Shown piece after piece: positions 48,187 through 56,819 of a DNA stretch of 64,000 nt. A model generated the notes under the pieces. It was not told where the DNA came from, searched no databases, and was given only the letters and a program-made list of their open reading frames with translations. The stretch is taken from the NCBI GenBank assembly GCA_016432405.1, contig CP066687.1, positions 347,040 through 411,039 on the forward strand, given 5' to 3'. The translations under genes were made by a program, and so were the position numbers. The first letter of the stretch is position 1; every line of letters begins with the position of its first letter. This stretch comes from Candidatus Giovannonibacteria bacterium. GTDB taxonomy: Bacteria > Patescibacteriota > Minisyncoccia > UBA11713 > 2-01-FULL-45-33.

Positions 48187-48921
48187 CTAAAATTAAAAAT
48201 TGTTTTTTTCGGCGCTTCGCCGTTTTCATACGTCTATCTTGACGCTCTTAAAAATTCCGGTTTTGAGATTGTCCCGCAAGCCGAGGATGCGGACCTCGGC
48301 GTTATTGCCTACTACGGCAAAATTATACCGAAAGCGGTTTTGGAGCTCCCTAAGTACGGGTTTTTAAATGCCCACCCCTCGCTCCTCCCGCGATGGCGGG
48401 GGGCGTCTCCCGTGCAATCCGCTATTCTGGCCGGGGATAAAATTACGGGTGTAACTATACACATAGCGACGGAGAAGCCGGATGCCGGGCCGATTTTAGC
48501 CCAGAAAAAAATACCAATAGAGCCAAAGGATACTTGTTTAAATTTAACAGGGAAACTCGCCCGGGAAGGCGCCGCGCTTTTAATTCCAACCATTGAAAAA
48601 CAGCTTGCCGGCGAAATCGCGCCAAAAAAACAGGACGATTCCAAAGCGACTTACACCAAGTTGCTTAAGAAAAAAGACGGGGAAATTGACTGGTCAAAGC
48701 CGGCCGACTATATAGAAAAAATGGTACGGGCTTACAGCCCATGGCCGGGGGCGTATACCAGAATGAAGAACGGCAGAATTTTAAAAATAAAAAAGGCAGA
48801 GGTTGTAAATGGAGTTTTAAAGCCCCTCATCGTTCAGCCGGAAGGCAAAAAAGAAATGCCCTGGGAGGCGTTTTTGCGCGGGCACAAAGACGCTATCGAA
48901 ATAACATCGCGGCCCCAATAG
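48172..48921 (+). CDS. fmt: Methionyl-tRNA formyltransferase
   Basis: HPSLLPRWRGASPVQSAIL formyltransferase signature. The def-fmt pair is conserved. Confidence 0.85.
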   Translation: MKIENLKLKIVFFGASPFSYVYLDALKNSGFEIVPQAEDADLGVIAYYGKIIPKAVLELPKYGFLNAHPSLLPRWRGASPVQSAILAGDKITGVTIHIATEKPDAGPILAQKKIPIEPKDTCLNLTGKLAREGAALLIPTIEKQLAGEIAPKKQDDSKATYTKLLKKKDGEIDWSKPADYIEKMVRAYSPWPGAYTRMKNGRILKIKKAEVVNGVLKPLIVQPEGKKEMPWEAFLRGHKDAIEITSRPQ

Positions 48922-49591
48922 CCACTGAGTTTTTGCCAAGCTTAGATTTTTTGACCGGCAAGCCCAGCGTTTTTTGAAGCTTGTCGGAGAAATTTTCTCT
49001 TGCCGCAACTCCACCGCCAATGATAACTTTCTCTGTTTTATAGGTCTCAATAATGCCTTTCAGCTTTTTTGCCAAAAATATTGCGAGTTCGTCGTCATTA
49101 CGGCTATCCCTGATTTCTTTGTACTTTTTTTCCCAGCGCGCCGGGTACTCAAAACTTTTTATTTTTAGAATCTTGCCGTCCTTACTTATCGCGCGGCCGA
49201 TCCCCGTCCCAAGAGTCAGAAAAAGCGTCGTCCGCTTGTCTCTATGTTCGGCCCGCGCGAAACACCTCGCATCGTGGTCAACCTTTACCCCCACACCAAA
49301 CTTTTTGGTGTGGGGGTTTACTTTTGCGCCGCCAAAAAACTCGGCGAAATTAAAATTTCGAATATAGGGCATATTTGTCGCTGAAACAAAAACAGCGCCC
49401 TTTATTCTTCCGGGCACAGCGATACCGATTTTAGAATGGCCCCCAAACAACTTTCTTAGAATTTTTTTAAATCCGCCCAAATTTTTCGGCGTCTTCGCCT
49501 CTCGCGCCGCCAAAACCTTTTTGCCGTCCCACAAAACTGCCCGTATTTTGGACCCGCCGATGTCCAATCCAACAATTATTTTTTTCCTCAT
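48893..49591 (-). CDS. ASKHA-fold sugar kinase (ROK/glucokinase-like), short form
   Basis: N-terminal GLDIGGSKIR. Confidence 0.55.
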   Translation of the reverse strand: MRKKIIVGLDIGGSKIRAVLWDGKKVLAAREAKTPKNLGGFKKILRKLFGGHSKIGIAVPGRIKGAVFVSATNMPYIRNFNFAEFFGGAKVNPHTKKFGVGVKVDHDARCFARAEHRDKRTTLFLTLGTGIGRAISKDGKILKIKSFEYPARWEKKYKEIRDSRNDDELAIFLAKKLKGIIETYKTEKVIIGGGVAARENFSDKLQKTLGLPVKKSKLGKNSVAIGAAMLFR

Positions 49592-49593
49592 TT

Positions 49594-49664
49594 CTGCCGG
49601 GCTTGGATTCGAACCAAGATACTGGGCTCCAAAGGCCCATGTCCTACCATTAGACGACCCGGCA
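49594..49664 (-). tRNA. tRNA-Gln (anticodon TTG)
   Basis: Hand fold: acceptor tgccggg/cccggca, anticodon stem tgggc/gccca, loop ctTTGga, T-arm cttgg-ttcgaat-ccaag. Confidence 0.75.
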
Positions 49665-49672
49665 ATAAAATA

Positions 49673-50701
49673 CTATTTAACATAAGTAGCTATCTTAATC
49701 AACGCGAGTTCCAGGGGAAGGTGAGCGATAAAATCGTCCGCGGGGGCGCGGAGGGCGTCAATCAATTGGCGGACGGCGTATTCGGAGCGGGCTAAGCCCG
49801 CACCAGATTCTTTTTTGAAAAAAGTTATCTCGTCGGATGCAAACTCATGCTCCAGAAGCCGCTCCGTTTTCGGGTCCAAAGCCAAAAATAAAATTGCCCT
49901 GAAACTGCGCAAAAGAAGCTTCCCTAAAAACATTGGGTCAATCCCTTCCTCCAAAATTTTATCCAAAACCTCAAGCGTCTCTTTTGGCTTCCCCCCAAAA
50001 GAAGCGGAGACGAGTTTTTCCACCTCTTCTTCCTCCGGAGCGCCCAAAAGCCCGCGGACGTCCGTTTCTTTGACCGATTTTTGTCCGAGCCCCGCCATCT
50101 GAAATAAAATATTTTCAGCGTCGCGGAGCGAGCCGTCCGCAAAAAAAGCGATTAGCTTGAGCGCGTCTTCGTCCGCGTCAAGTTTTTCTTCCGCTGTTAT
50201 TTTTGTAAGCTCCCGCACAATGTCCGGTATGGATATTTTTCTGAACTGAAAATGCTGCGTGCGGGAGATGACCGTGTCGGGAACTTTGGCAAGCTCTGTT
50301 GTCGCCAAGATAAAAATCGCATGCTCCGGCGGCTCTTCCAGGGTCTTAAGAAGCGCATTGAACGCCTCCTTTGTCAGCATATGCACTTCGTCTATGATGT
50401 AAACTTTGCAGGGCGAGCGAAGCGGCAAAATCCATACTGCTTCTCTTAAAGCCCGCGCTTCGTCTATCCCCCGCGAAGAGGCGGCGTCAATTTCAACAAT
50501 ATCCTCCTCGTATGAGCCGACTTCTTTCGCTAAAATCCTGGCGACCGTGGTTTTGCCGGTGCCGCGCGGGCCGGAAAAAAGATAAGCGTGGGCAACGCGT
50601 TTTTTTGAAACTGCGTTTTTTAAAATGCGGACTGTGCCCTCCTGCCCAACCACTTCTTCAAAGCTTTTTGGCCGGTATTTTCTGTAGAAAACCTGCGACA
50701 T
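49673..50701 (-). CDS. dnaX: DNA polymerase III gamma/tau-type clamp-loader subunit (short)
   Basis: YRKYRPKSFEEVVGQ and Walker A GPRGTGKTT. Confidence 0.75.
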   Translation of the reverse strand: MSQVFYRKYRPKSFEEVVGQEGTVRILKNAVSKKRVAHAYLFSGPRGTGKTTVARILAKEVGSYEEDIVEIDAASSRGIDEARALREAVWILPLRSPCKVYIIDEVHMLTKEAFNALLKTLEEPPEHAIFILATTELAKVPDTVISRTQHFQFRKISIPDIVRELTKITAEEKLDADEDALKLIAFFADGSLRDAENILFQMAGLGQKSVKETDVRGLLGAPEEEEVEKLVSASFGGKPKETLEVLDKILEEGIDPMFLGKLLLRSFRAILFLALDPKTERLLEHEFASDEITFFKKESGAGLARSEYAVRQLIDALRAPADDFIAHLPLELALIKIATYVK

Positions 50702-50702
50702 G

Positions 50703-51359
50703 CTATTTTTTAAACACTATAAATTTAAAACCGGTAAAATTCCAGATAAGCACGGCGATGTTGGCGATAAATTTCGCGTAATTCAGCCATTTTGACGACC
50801 CGACCGTCTCAATGATTGAAGCCGGCGCGTAAGTGGTGAGAACCACAATCAACACGCTGTTTATAATAAGTCCGCCAACGCCAACGGCGAAAAATTTTGG
50901 GAAGTCATGAAACAAGCTGATTTTGTCCGAAACTAAGTTTCGGTCAGTAAGTGACCGAAACTTAGTTTCGGACGTTTCGGACGAAAAAACCCAGAGTTTG
51001 TTCCACAAGTATCCGTTTATCACCGCAATTAAAAATCCGGGCGCATTGACCCAGCCGACAATTATGCCGGCGGTCACGCCTGTAAGATAACTTGTCAGGT
51101 TGAGAACCGCAAAGTCAATCGCCGTGGAAAGAAACCCCGCGGCGGCGTAGCGGCCGAATTGCGAAAAAAACGGTTTCACTCGCGCCCCGAGAAAGTCCCC
51201 GAACCAAACCCCCGCCGCCCAGAGAACCGGCAGTAAAACCAAAGCGGCAAGATTTTGGTACGGGAAAGAAATTTTTAAAAAATACAAAATTGCCAGCGTA
51301 AGCGCCCCGGTCAAAATTCCCGCAACCGCCCCGATCCAATAATCTTTTTTGATAATCAT
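50703..51359 (-). CDS. GtrA-like membrane protein
   Basis: 4-TM GtrA-type topology. It contains an in-frame palindromic insertion. Confidence 0.5.
   Translation of the reverse strand: MIIKKDYWIGAVAGILTGALTLAILYFLKISFPYQNLAALVLLPVLWAAGVWFGDFLGARVKPFFSQFGRYAAAGFLSTAIDFAVLNLTSYLTGVTAGIIVGWVNAPGFLIAVINGYLWNKLWVFSSETSETKFRSLTDRNLVSDKISLFHDFPKFFAVGVGGLIINSVLIVVLTTYAPASIIETVGSSKWLNYAKFIANIAVLIWNFTGFKFIVFKK
50925..50973. repeat. Dimeric palindromic element gtccgaaactaagtttcggtc-agtaag-tgaccgaaacttagtttcggac inside the GtrA-like gene
   Basis: Encodes SETKFRSLTDRNLVSD on the minus strand. Same family as 37424..37460. Confidence 0.75.
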
Positions 51360-53770
51360 AATAATGCCTGATGCCTCCTTCTAATTTCCTCCTCTACTTC
51401 CTCGCGCGGGCGCGAGTATTTGGAGCGCGAGAGCTCTTTTATGTAATCGGCTGTATCCCCGCGGCCGCTTTCCGGAGGCAGAGTTTTTATATTAAAGGGC
51501 TTTGAGGTCTGGCCGTCAATCAGCAATTTGAGATAAGCGCTGAAATTATCAATGTTTAAAAGGTCCTCCGCGGAAAACACCGGCTGGAATTGTTTTTCCA
51601 TATACTCGGCGTCGTCGGAGCCGATTCTAAAAGAGCAGATGGAGCCGACGTTTCCGAAAATCGCCTTTTTAATGTCCTCGTCAAGCTGGCCTATGAACTG
51701 GTGCGCAACTATCATGTTCAATTTATATTTTCTCGCCTCGGAAAGGATTGTGGCAATGGATTTTGTGGTCACGTTTTGAAACTCGTCAATATAGAGGTAA
51801 AAATCGCCGCGCTCTGCCTCCGGTCTGTCCACTCTTGATAGCGAGGCCATTAAAATCTTGCTAACTATAATGAGCCCCAAAAGATTTGAATTGAGCTCGC
51901 CGAGTTTCCCCTTGGATAAATTCAAAAGAAGGATTTTTTTCTGGTCCATAACGCCGCGCAGATTAAAGGCGGACTTTTGCTGGGCGATTATCGGGCGCAT
52001 AATGTCATTGGATAAAAATCCGTCAAACTTGCTCACAACGTAAGTCGCCATGTTGGCAATGGATTGCTCTCCCGAGGCGCGCTCCGCAATCTGCTTCCAA
52101 AAGGTCTCCACGACTATATTTTTGGAGCGCGAGAGCTTAAAGTCGCGGAAGGATTTATCCGCGAAAACCCTCTGGATTTCCAAAAGCGTGTTGCCGCTCT
52201 CCAGGTCTTCCATAACCAGCATCGCCGCGTTTCTGAAGTATTGCTCAAACATCGGCCCTCCGGCAACCGACATATTAAAAAGCTTGTTAAAAATTTCCAA
52301 AAGCTCGTTGACGATTAAACTTTTCTGCTCGGGATAGCGGGGGTCAAACTCCAGCATGTTGAGGCCCATCGGGCGCGCAACATCCCCGGGGTCAAAATAA
52401 ATTACGTCATTTGCGCGCTCTGCAGGAATTAAAGGCAGGATTTTTTCAATAAGGTCGCCGTGCGGGTCCACAATTGCCACCCCCTCGCCGGCCAAAATGT
52501 CCTGACTGACCATGTTTTGCATAAGCGCGGATTTTCCGGTGCCCGTCTGCCCAATGATGTAAAAATGCCTTCTGCGGTCGTCTTTTTTTAGCCGCACTTC
52601 GCGCCCCTCGCCCCGGAATGAGCTTTTGCCGAGCAAAACGCCCTCTTTCGGCAAATTGACCGGCGGAGCGGACTCTTTCGCTTTTAAGGTGCGCACGGAG
52701 GGAGCGGCCTTTTTCAGATATGGAAAATGGTAAATGCTCGCGATTTCCTCAACGTTTAAAATTATTTTGGCTTCTTCGTCAAAAAGGCGGAAAGAAAAAC
52801 GCTCAACCAATTTTCTTAAACGTTTTCCACCAAGCTCTTTAATTTTCAGGCCGTTGCCCTCCGGATTTTCATACTGCAAAAAAGCCCCGGCAAGCCCTTT
52901 CAAAATCTTATCAGCCGAGAGCGCGCTCTCGGCTGAGGCAAGAATGCGTATATTGCATTCAAACGCCGGCTTTGAGGCCTTTTCTTCAAAAAGCTTTGCC
53001 GTTTCTTCGTCGTAACTTGCGCCGCTTTTTTCTTTACCGATCTTTGACGGGGAAAAAATTTTCAAAAACGCTTTCCAAAAACCGCTTTTGCCCAGCGCTT
53101 CTTTTTTACTCTCCCCTTCTTTCATTTTTTTTGCCGCCCCATGCGCGCGGCTTTTGATATTTTCCCCTCCGACTCTCAAAATTATCTGTAAAGCCGCGCC
53201 CTCGCCGAATTCTTTTATGCTGGAGAGAGCCGAAGTTATCGTATCCAACTGATCGCTTCCGGATTTCTGATAGGTTTTTATGGGCAGCAGTTCTGATTCG
53301 GCGGAAAACGCGGAGGCGCCGGCTGTTGCCCCCTCTAAATTGAAAATATTATAATCAGGCCTTCTTTCTATTTTGGCTTCCGGAAAGGCGCCGTGAAGTT
53401 GATTTTGAAGCAGAATTTCATATGCTCTCGGGAAAGCTATGTAGAAAAATATCTCGCTCCCGCGGTTGTGCGCGGCGATCTCAAACGCAAACTGCGGATT
53501 TCCTAAAATTTTGCCGGCGATTCCTCTTCTTTGAACTCCGCCCAAGCCGGTGAGAAAATTTTCCATTTTTAAAATAAAATCCTTCGCCGCCTGCGCCTCC
53601 CCCGCTTTTTCGCCTCTTGCCTCCGGGATACTGACCAGATAAAGTCCCAGGCCAAGCCCGGCGCTTACCCCACTGGAGCGCCTTTCCCTTTTTATCCAAA
53701 TTACGGAAAAAAGCCAGAGCCAGAGCGCCAGCGTTATAAATAAAAAAAGGTAGAAAGCGGCCGGATTCAT
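51356..53770 (-). CDS. VirD4/TraG/TraD-like type IV coupling-protein-family ATPase (two TM helices plus AAA-like domain)
   Basis: Walker A YIIGQTGTGKSAL, IVDPHGDL and Walker B FYLYIDEFQN, then …IVAHQFIGQLDED. 804 aa. Confidence 0.6.
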   Translation of the reverse strand: MNPAAFYLFLFITLALWLWLFSVIWIKRERRSSGVSAGLGLGLYLVSIPEARGEKAGEAQAAKDFILKMENFLTGLGGVQRRGIAGKILGNPQFAFEIAAHNRGSEIFFYIAFPRAYEILLQNQLHGAFPEAKIERRPDYNIFNLEGATAGASAFSAESELLPIKTYQKSGSDQLDTITSALSSIKEFGEGAALQIILRVGGENIKSRAHGAAKKMKEGESKKEALGKSGFWKAFLKIFSPSKIGKEKSGASYDEETAKLFEEKASKPAFECNIRILASAESALSADKILKGLAGAFLQYENPEGNGLKIKELGGKRLRKLVERFSFRLFDEEAKIILNVEEIASIYHFPYLKKAAPSVRTLKAKESAPPVNLPKEGVLLGKSSFRGEGREVRLKKDDRRRHFYIIGQTGTGKSALMQNMVSQDILAGEGVAIVDPHGDLIEKILPLIPAERANDVIYFDPGDVARPMGLNMLEFDPRYPEQKSLIVNELLEIFNKLFNMSVAGGPMFEQYFRNAAMLVMEDLESGNTLLEIQRVFADKSFRDFKLSRSKNIVVETFWKQIAERASGEQSIANMATYVVSKFDGFLSNDIMRPIIAQQKSAFNLRGVMDQKKILLLNLSKGKLGELNSNLLGLIIVSKILMASLSRVDRPEAERGDFYLYIDEFQNVTTKSIATILSEARKYKLNMIVAHQFIGQLDEDIKKAIFGNVGSICSFRIGSDDAEYMEKQFQPVFSAEDLLNIDNFSAYLKLLIDGQTSKPFNIKTLPPESGRGDTADYIKELSRSKYSRPREEVEEEIRRRHQALL

Positions 53771-54198
53771 TTAATTTTTCTGGACTCTAAAAGTTTTTCG
53801 TAATATCTGTCCGCCAGCGTGTCGTGAAATTCATCCAGAATATGCGGATTTTTCAACGCCTGCGCGACTTTCATGGCCGAAGCCATCCCTTTGGTGAGCG
53901 CGAGCTCCACCAGAGAATCAATTATTTCGGCGTGCTCTTTTTCCTGCAGCTCATACGCTTTTTGCTTAGCATCATCGTCCGCAAGCTGGCTTTGCTGAAG
54001 CGGTGTTGGCGATTTTGACCCGGCGGCGTCTTTTATGACTTCTCTAAAAATCTCTTTTTCGTGCTTTTGCTCACCGCTTCCGGCCAGCTCCCTTTTTTTG
54101 GCCTCCAGCCGCTCTTCAAGCAATTTTATTTCCTCGTGTAACCATGATTCAGGCATAATGAAATAATAACATGTTATAATAATTTTATGAAAAACCAC
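53767..54198 (-). CDS. Hypothetical coiled-coil protein, translationally coupled upstream of the VirD4-like gene
   Basis: ORF with ATGA overlap. Charged and helical. Confidence 0.3.
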   Translation of the reverse strand: MVFHKIIITCYYFIMPESWLHEEIKLLEERLEAKKRELAGSGEQKHEKEIFREVIKDAAGSKSPTPLQQSQLADDDAKQKAYELQEKEHAEIIDSLVELALTKGMASAMKVAQALKNPHILDEFHDTLADRYYEKLLESRKIK

Positions 54199-55782
54199 TG
54201 GGTTTTAGTGTTGTTGATATTGGCCTTGGCAGCGTTTTTCCGTTTTTGGGATTTAAAGAGCGCCCCGCCGGGGCTTTGGGCGGATGAGGCAGTAAATGGC
54301 GTCAACGCGCTGCGGGTTATTGAAACTAATCCGCCAGCTGGCGGATGGAAAGTTTTTTATCCGGAAAATTTCGGCCGCGAAGGCCTTTTTATAAACATTC
54401 AATCCGTTTTTGTAAAATCATTCGGCACCGAGCCGTGGGTATTGCGCTTGCCGTCGGCGATATTTGGAGTATTAACTATTTTAGGACTATATTTAATGAC
54501 TTTGGAATTGTTTAGGAATTCGAAATTAGAAATTGAAAATTCTCATGGCGAGTTCATTGCTTTGGCATCATCATTATTTCTCGCCACGAGCTTTTGGCAT
54601 ATTAATTTCTCGCGGATAGGATTCCGCGCGATTATGGCGCCGTTTTTTTTGGTGTGGAGTTTTTATTTTTTACTAAAAGGAACGTCGAGACGTCCGACGT
54701 CCTATGGACGTCGGACGTCCATAATTATTCTCGCCGGCTTCACTTTCGGCCTTGGCTTCCATTCATATATCGCTTATCGCATCGCGCCGGTAATTGCGCT
54801 GTTACCGCTGTGGAAATTTTACAAAAACTGGAAAAATCAGGAAGCCGGACTTCCACTTGGAAGTCCGGCTTCCAAGTACTGCGCTCCGTGCTTTATTGGA
54901 CTTTTTATTTTCGCCGCTTTCATCGCCTCGCTCCCCCTTCTTTGGTATTACGTCCAAAATCCGCAGGATTTTTTGGGGCGGACGGCGGCGATTTCAATTT
55001 TTGACGCTCCCAGCCCGCTCGGACAATTTTCAGAAAATCTTATAAAAACGCTGGGGATGTTCAATATCGCTGGCGATTTCAACTGGCGGCACAATCTCAC
55101 CGGCTCTCCGCAGCTTTGGTGGCCAGTGGGAATTTTATTTTTAATCGGCATATGGAAATCGCTTAAAAAATTACAGTGGCCATATAGTTTTGTGTTGCTG
55201 TGGTTTATAACGATGCTTTTGCCGGTTGCCGTTTCCAATGAATCTTTGCCGCACGCGCTCCGCGCGATTATTTTAATTCCGCCAGCGATGATTTTCGCCG
55301 CCTTGGGGCTAAATTGGCTTTGGGAAAATGTCAAGCCGCAGTTCAGGATTTTTATTTATATTTTTTTGGCCACCGCCGTGCTTCAGGCCTACAGCCAGTA
55401 TTTTTTACACTGGGCGCCGAATTTCAACGTTCATCAGGCATTTCAGACAGAAATTACCGAAAAGGCACGCTGGCTTAAGGCAGAGCCCAAAGACATAAAA
55501 AAATACGTCGTTACCGACGCGGTTGACCAAGCGGACACAACCGGCACGCCGATGTCCTTTCAGCCGATAGTTTTTATCACGGACACCTTTTATTCGCAGA
55601 AACAGGCGGAGAAAAATATTTATTATATTTCTTTAAAGAATCTTGATTACGCGGATTGTTCCCAAAAATGCGAGTTTCTGCCCGTGGAATACCGCCCAGC
55701 TATTTTTAAAACAATCAAACAAAAAATCCCGGGCTTGCGCTTAGACGCCTCTTCGGGATTTGTGGTATTAAAAAATTATTGA
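54187..55782 (+). CDS. GT39/ArnT-family glycosyltransferase (PMT_2-like)
   Basis: N-terminal WADEAVNGVNALRVIE and more than 10 TM helices. Paralog of 56820..58484. Confidence 0.65.
   Translation: MKNHWVLVLLILALAAFFRFWDLKSAPPGLWADEAVNGVNALRVIETNPPAGGWKVFYPENFGREGLFINIQSVFVKSFGTEPWVLRLPSAIFGVLTILGLYLMTLELFRNSKLEIENSHGEFIALASSLFLATSFWHINFSRIGFRAIMAPFFLVWSFYFLLKGTSRRPTSYGRRTSIIILAGFTFGLGFHSYIAYRIAPVIALLPLWKFYKNWKNQEAGLPLGSPASKYCAPCFIGLFIFAAFIASLPLLWYYVQNPQDFLGRTAAISIFDAPSPLGQFSENLIKTLGMFNIAGDFNWRHNLTGSPQLWWPVGILFLIGIWKSLKKLQWPYSFVLLWFITMLLPVAVSNESLPHALRAIILIPPAMIFAALGLNWLWENVKPQFRIFIYIFLATAVLQAYSQYFLHWAPNFNVHQAFQTEITEKARWLKAEPKDIKKYVVTDAVDQADTTGTPMSFQPIVFITDTFYSQKQAEKNIYYISLKNLDYADCSQKCEFLPVEYRPAIFKTIKQKIPGLRLDASSGFVVLKNY
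54689..54720. repeat. Palindromic element gacgtccgacgtcc-tat-ggacgtcggacgtc, in-frame (encodes RRPTSYGRRTS)
   Basis: Identical core to 58054..58085. Same family as 46866..46907. A 7-bp repeat lies upstream at 54521..54542. Confidence 0.75.
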
Positions 55783-55821
55783 ACTATACAAGTACTCACG
55801 ATCGTATAAATTTGTATAGAC
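55781..55821. repeat. Direct repeat downstream of Cas2-like copy 3 (actatacaagtactcacgatcgtataaatttgtatagac)
   Basis: Matches 56373..56413 (actatacacttttacacgatcgttggaatttgtatagac). The core is 22 of 25 identical. Confidence 0.7.
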
Positions 55822-55825
55822 GCAT

Positions 55826-56347
55826 CTATTTAGTATTTATAGTGCCCTTATTTTGTACCGTGAAAATATGAATGTTGGACATTAAGTTCATCTCTTCTAA
55901 ATTTTCTAAGAATTCCTGAGGTAACGGTCGCTCCCCCATCCATACACTTTTTTGTAAAGGCTTAAAATCGTAGGCAACTAGTTCTATTCTTAACCAATCG
56001 CGCTTTCTTCGCTCGCGCTCTGGAACGTCAAATATTACAATCCTTAAAATGCCGTCTTTTTTGGGCAAATCAAATGCGTTATCCGTTTTTGTGTTTTTGA
56101 TAAATTTTTTACCCAAATTCGTTATTCCCCACGTGTTATTTTTTCTTTCCACCAAGCCTTGTTTTTGCAATCTGGTCAAAATAACGGAAAAGGTTTGACG
56201 TTTAAATTGATAGTTTGAATCCAGCCCTAAAAGTTGCCTCCAGGCTCTTGCTTGCGGATACTTTTTTGGAAAAAAAGAATCCAGAGTCGCAAAACCTAAG
56301 TCGCCGATGGTTTTTAGGGTCAATTTAGTAAGATTTAGTTTTTTCAT
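55826..56347 (-). CDS. wHTH plus Cas2-like domain protein (PaaX-like), copy 3
   Basis: LRIVIFDVPERERRKRDWLRIELVAYDFKPLQKSVW aligns with copy 1. Confidence 0.55.
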   Translation of the reverse strand: MKKLNLTKLTLKTIGDLGFATLDSFFPKKYPQARAWRQLLGLDSNYQFKRQTFSVILTRLQKQGLVERKNNTWGITNLGKKFIKNTKTDNAFDLPKKDGILRIVIFDVPERERRKRDWLRIELVAYDFKPLQKSVWMGERPLPQEFLENLEEMNLMSNIHIFTVQNKGTINTK

Positions 56348-56372
56348 GTTTCAATATTGTTCCAATACTACC

Positions 56373-56413
56373 ATACTATACACTTTTACACGATCGTTGG
56401 AATTTGTATAGAC
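56373..56413. repeat. Direct repeat upstream of Cas2-like copy 3
   Basis: See 55781..55821. It is followed immediately by the TIR cassette. Confidence 0.7.
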
Positions 56414-56432
56414 CATTGTGAATTAATCCGGT

Positions 56433-56795
56433 ACTAATTTTCGGAGTCAAGGATTGGTGCTTGACAGGCTAAAATTAGATATGGTAAACTTCAACAAGAA
56501 TAAGGAGGGAAGGAGGGCTAGAGTATGATAGAGATAACAGAGTGTAAGGATAGCATAATCATTATTTCTTGGCATCCAGGACACTTTACAGCAAACGAGG
56601 GCGCACAGCATGACCGTATCAGAGATTTAATGAGGAGGGGCTATAGACTGATTTCCAACGGAGTAACGTCTGAAGGAGCTATCACGTTACAAGCAATTCC
56701 TCCTGTTACCAAAGACTGAAGAATGATATGTCCTGCATCCGTACAGATGGCGCATCGCTTTTATAGATGCGCTATTTCTTTTTCCAAAAATTAGC
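56433..56795 (+). mobile_element. Second copy of the TIR cassette with promoter, sORF and terminator
   Basis: actaattttcggagtcaaggattggtgcttgaca matches the 16S-insert copy. TTGACA is at 56461. SD aaggagggaaggaggg opens a 64-codon ORF at 56525..56719. Terminator gcgcatc…gatgcgc plus T-run. Right TIR ccaaaaattagc is at 56784. Confidence 0.5.
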
Positions 56796-56819
56796 GCTAT
56801 TTAATGATAGAATGAGGGT

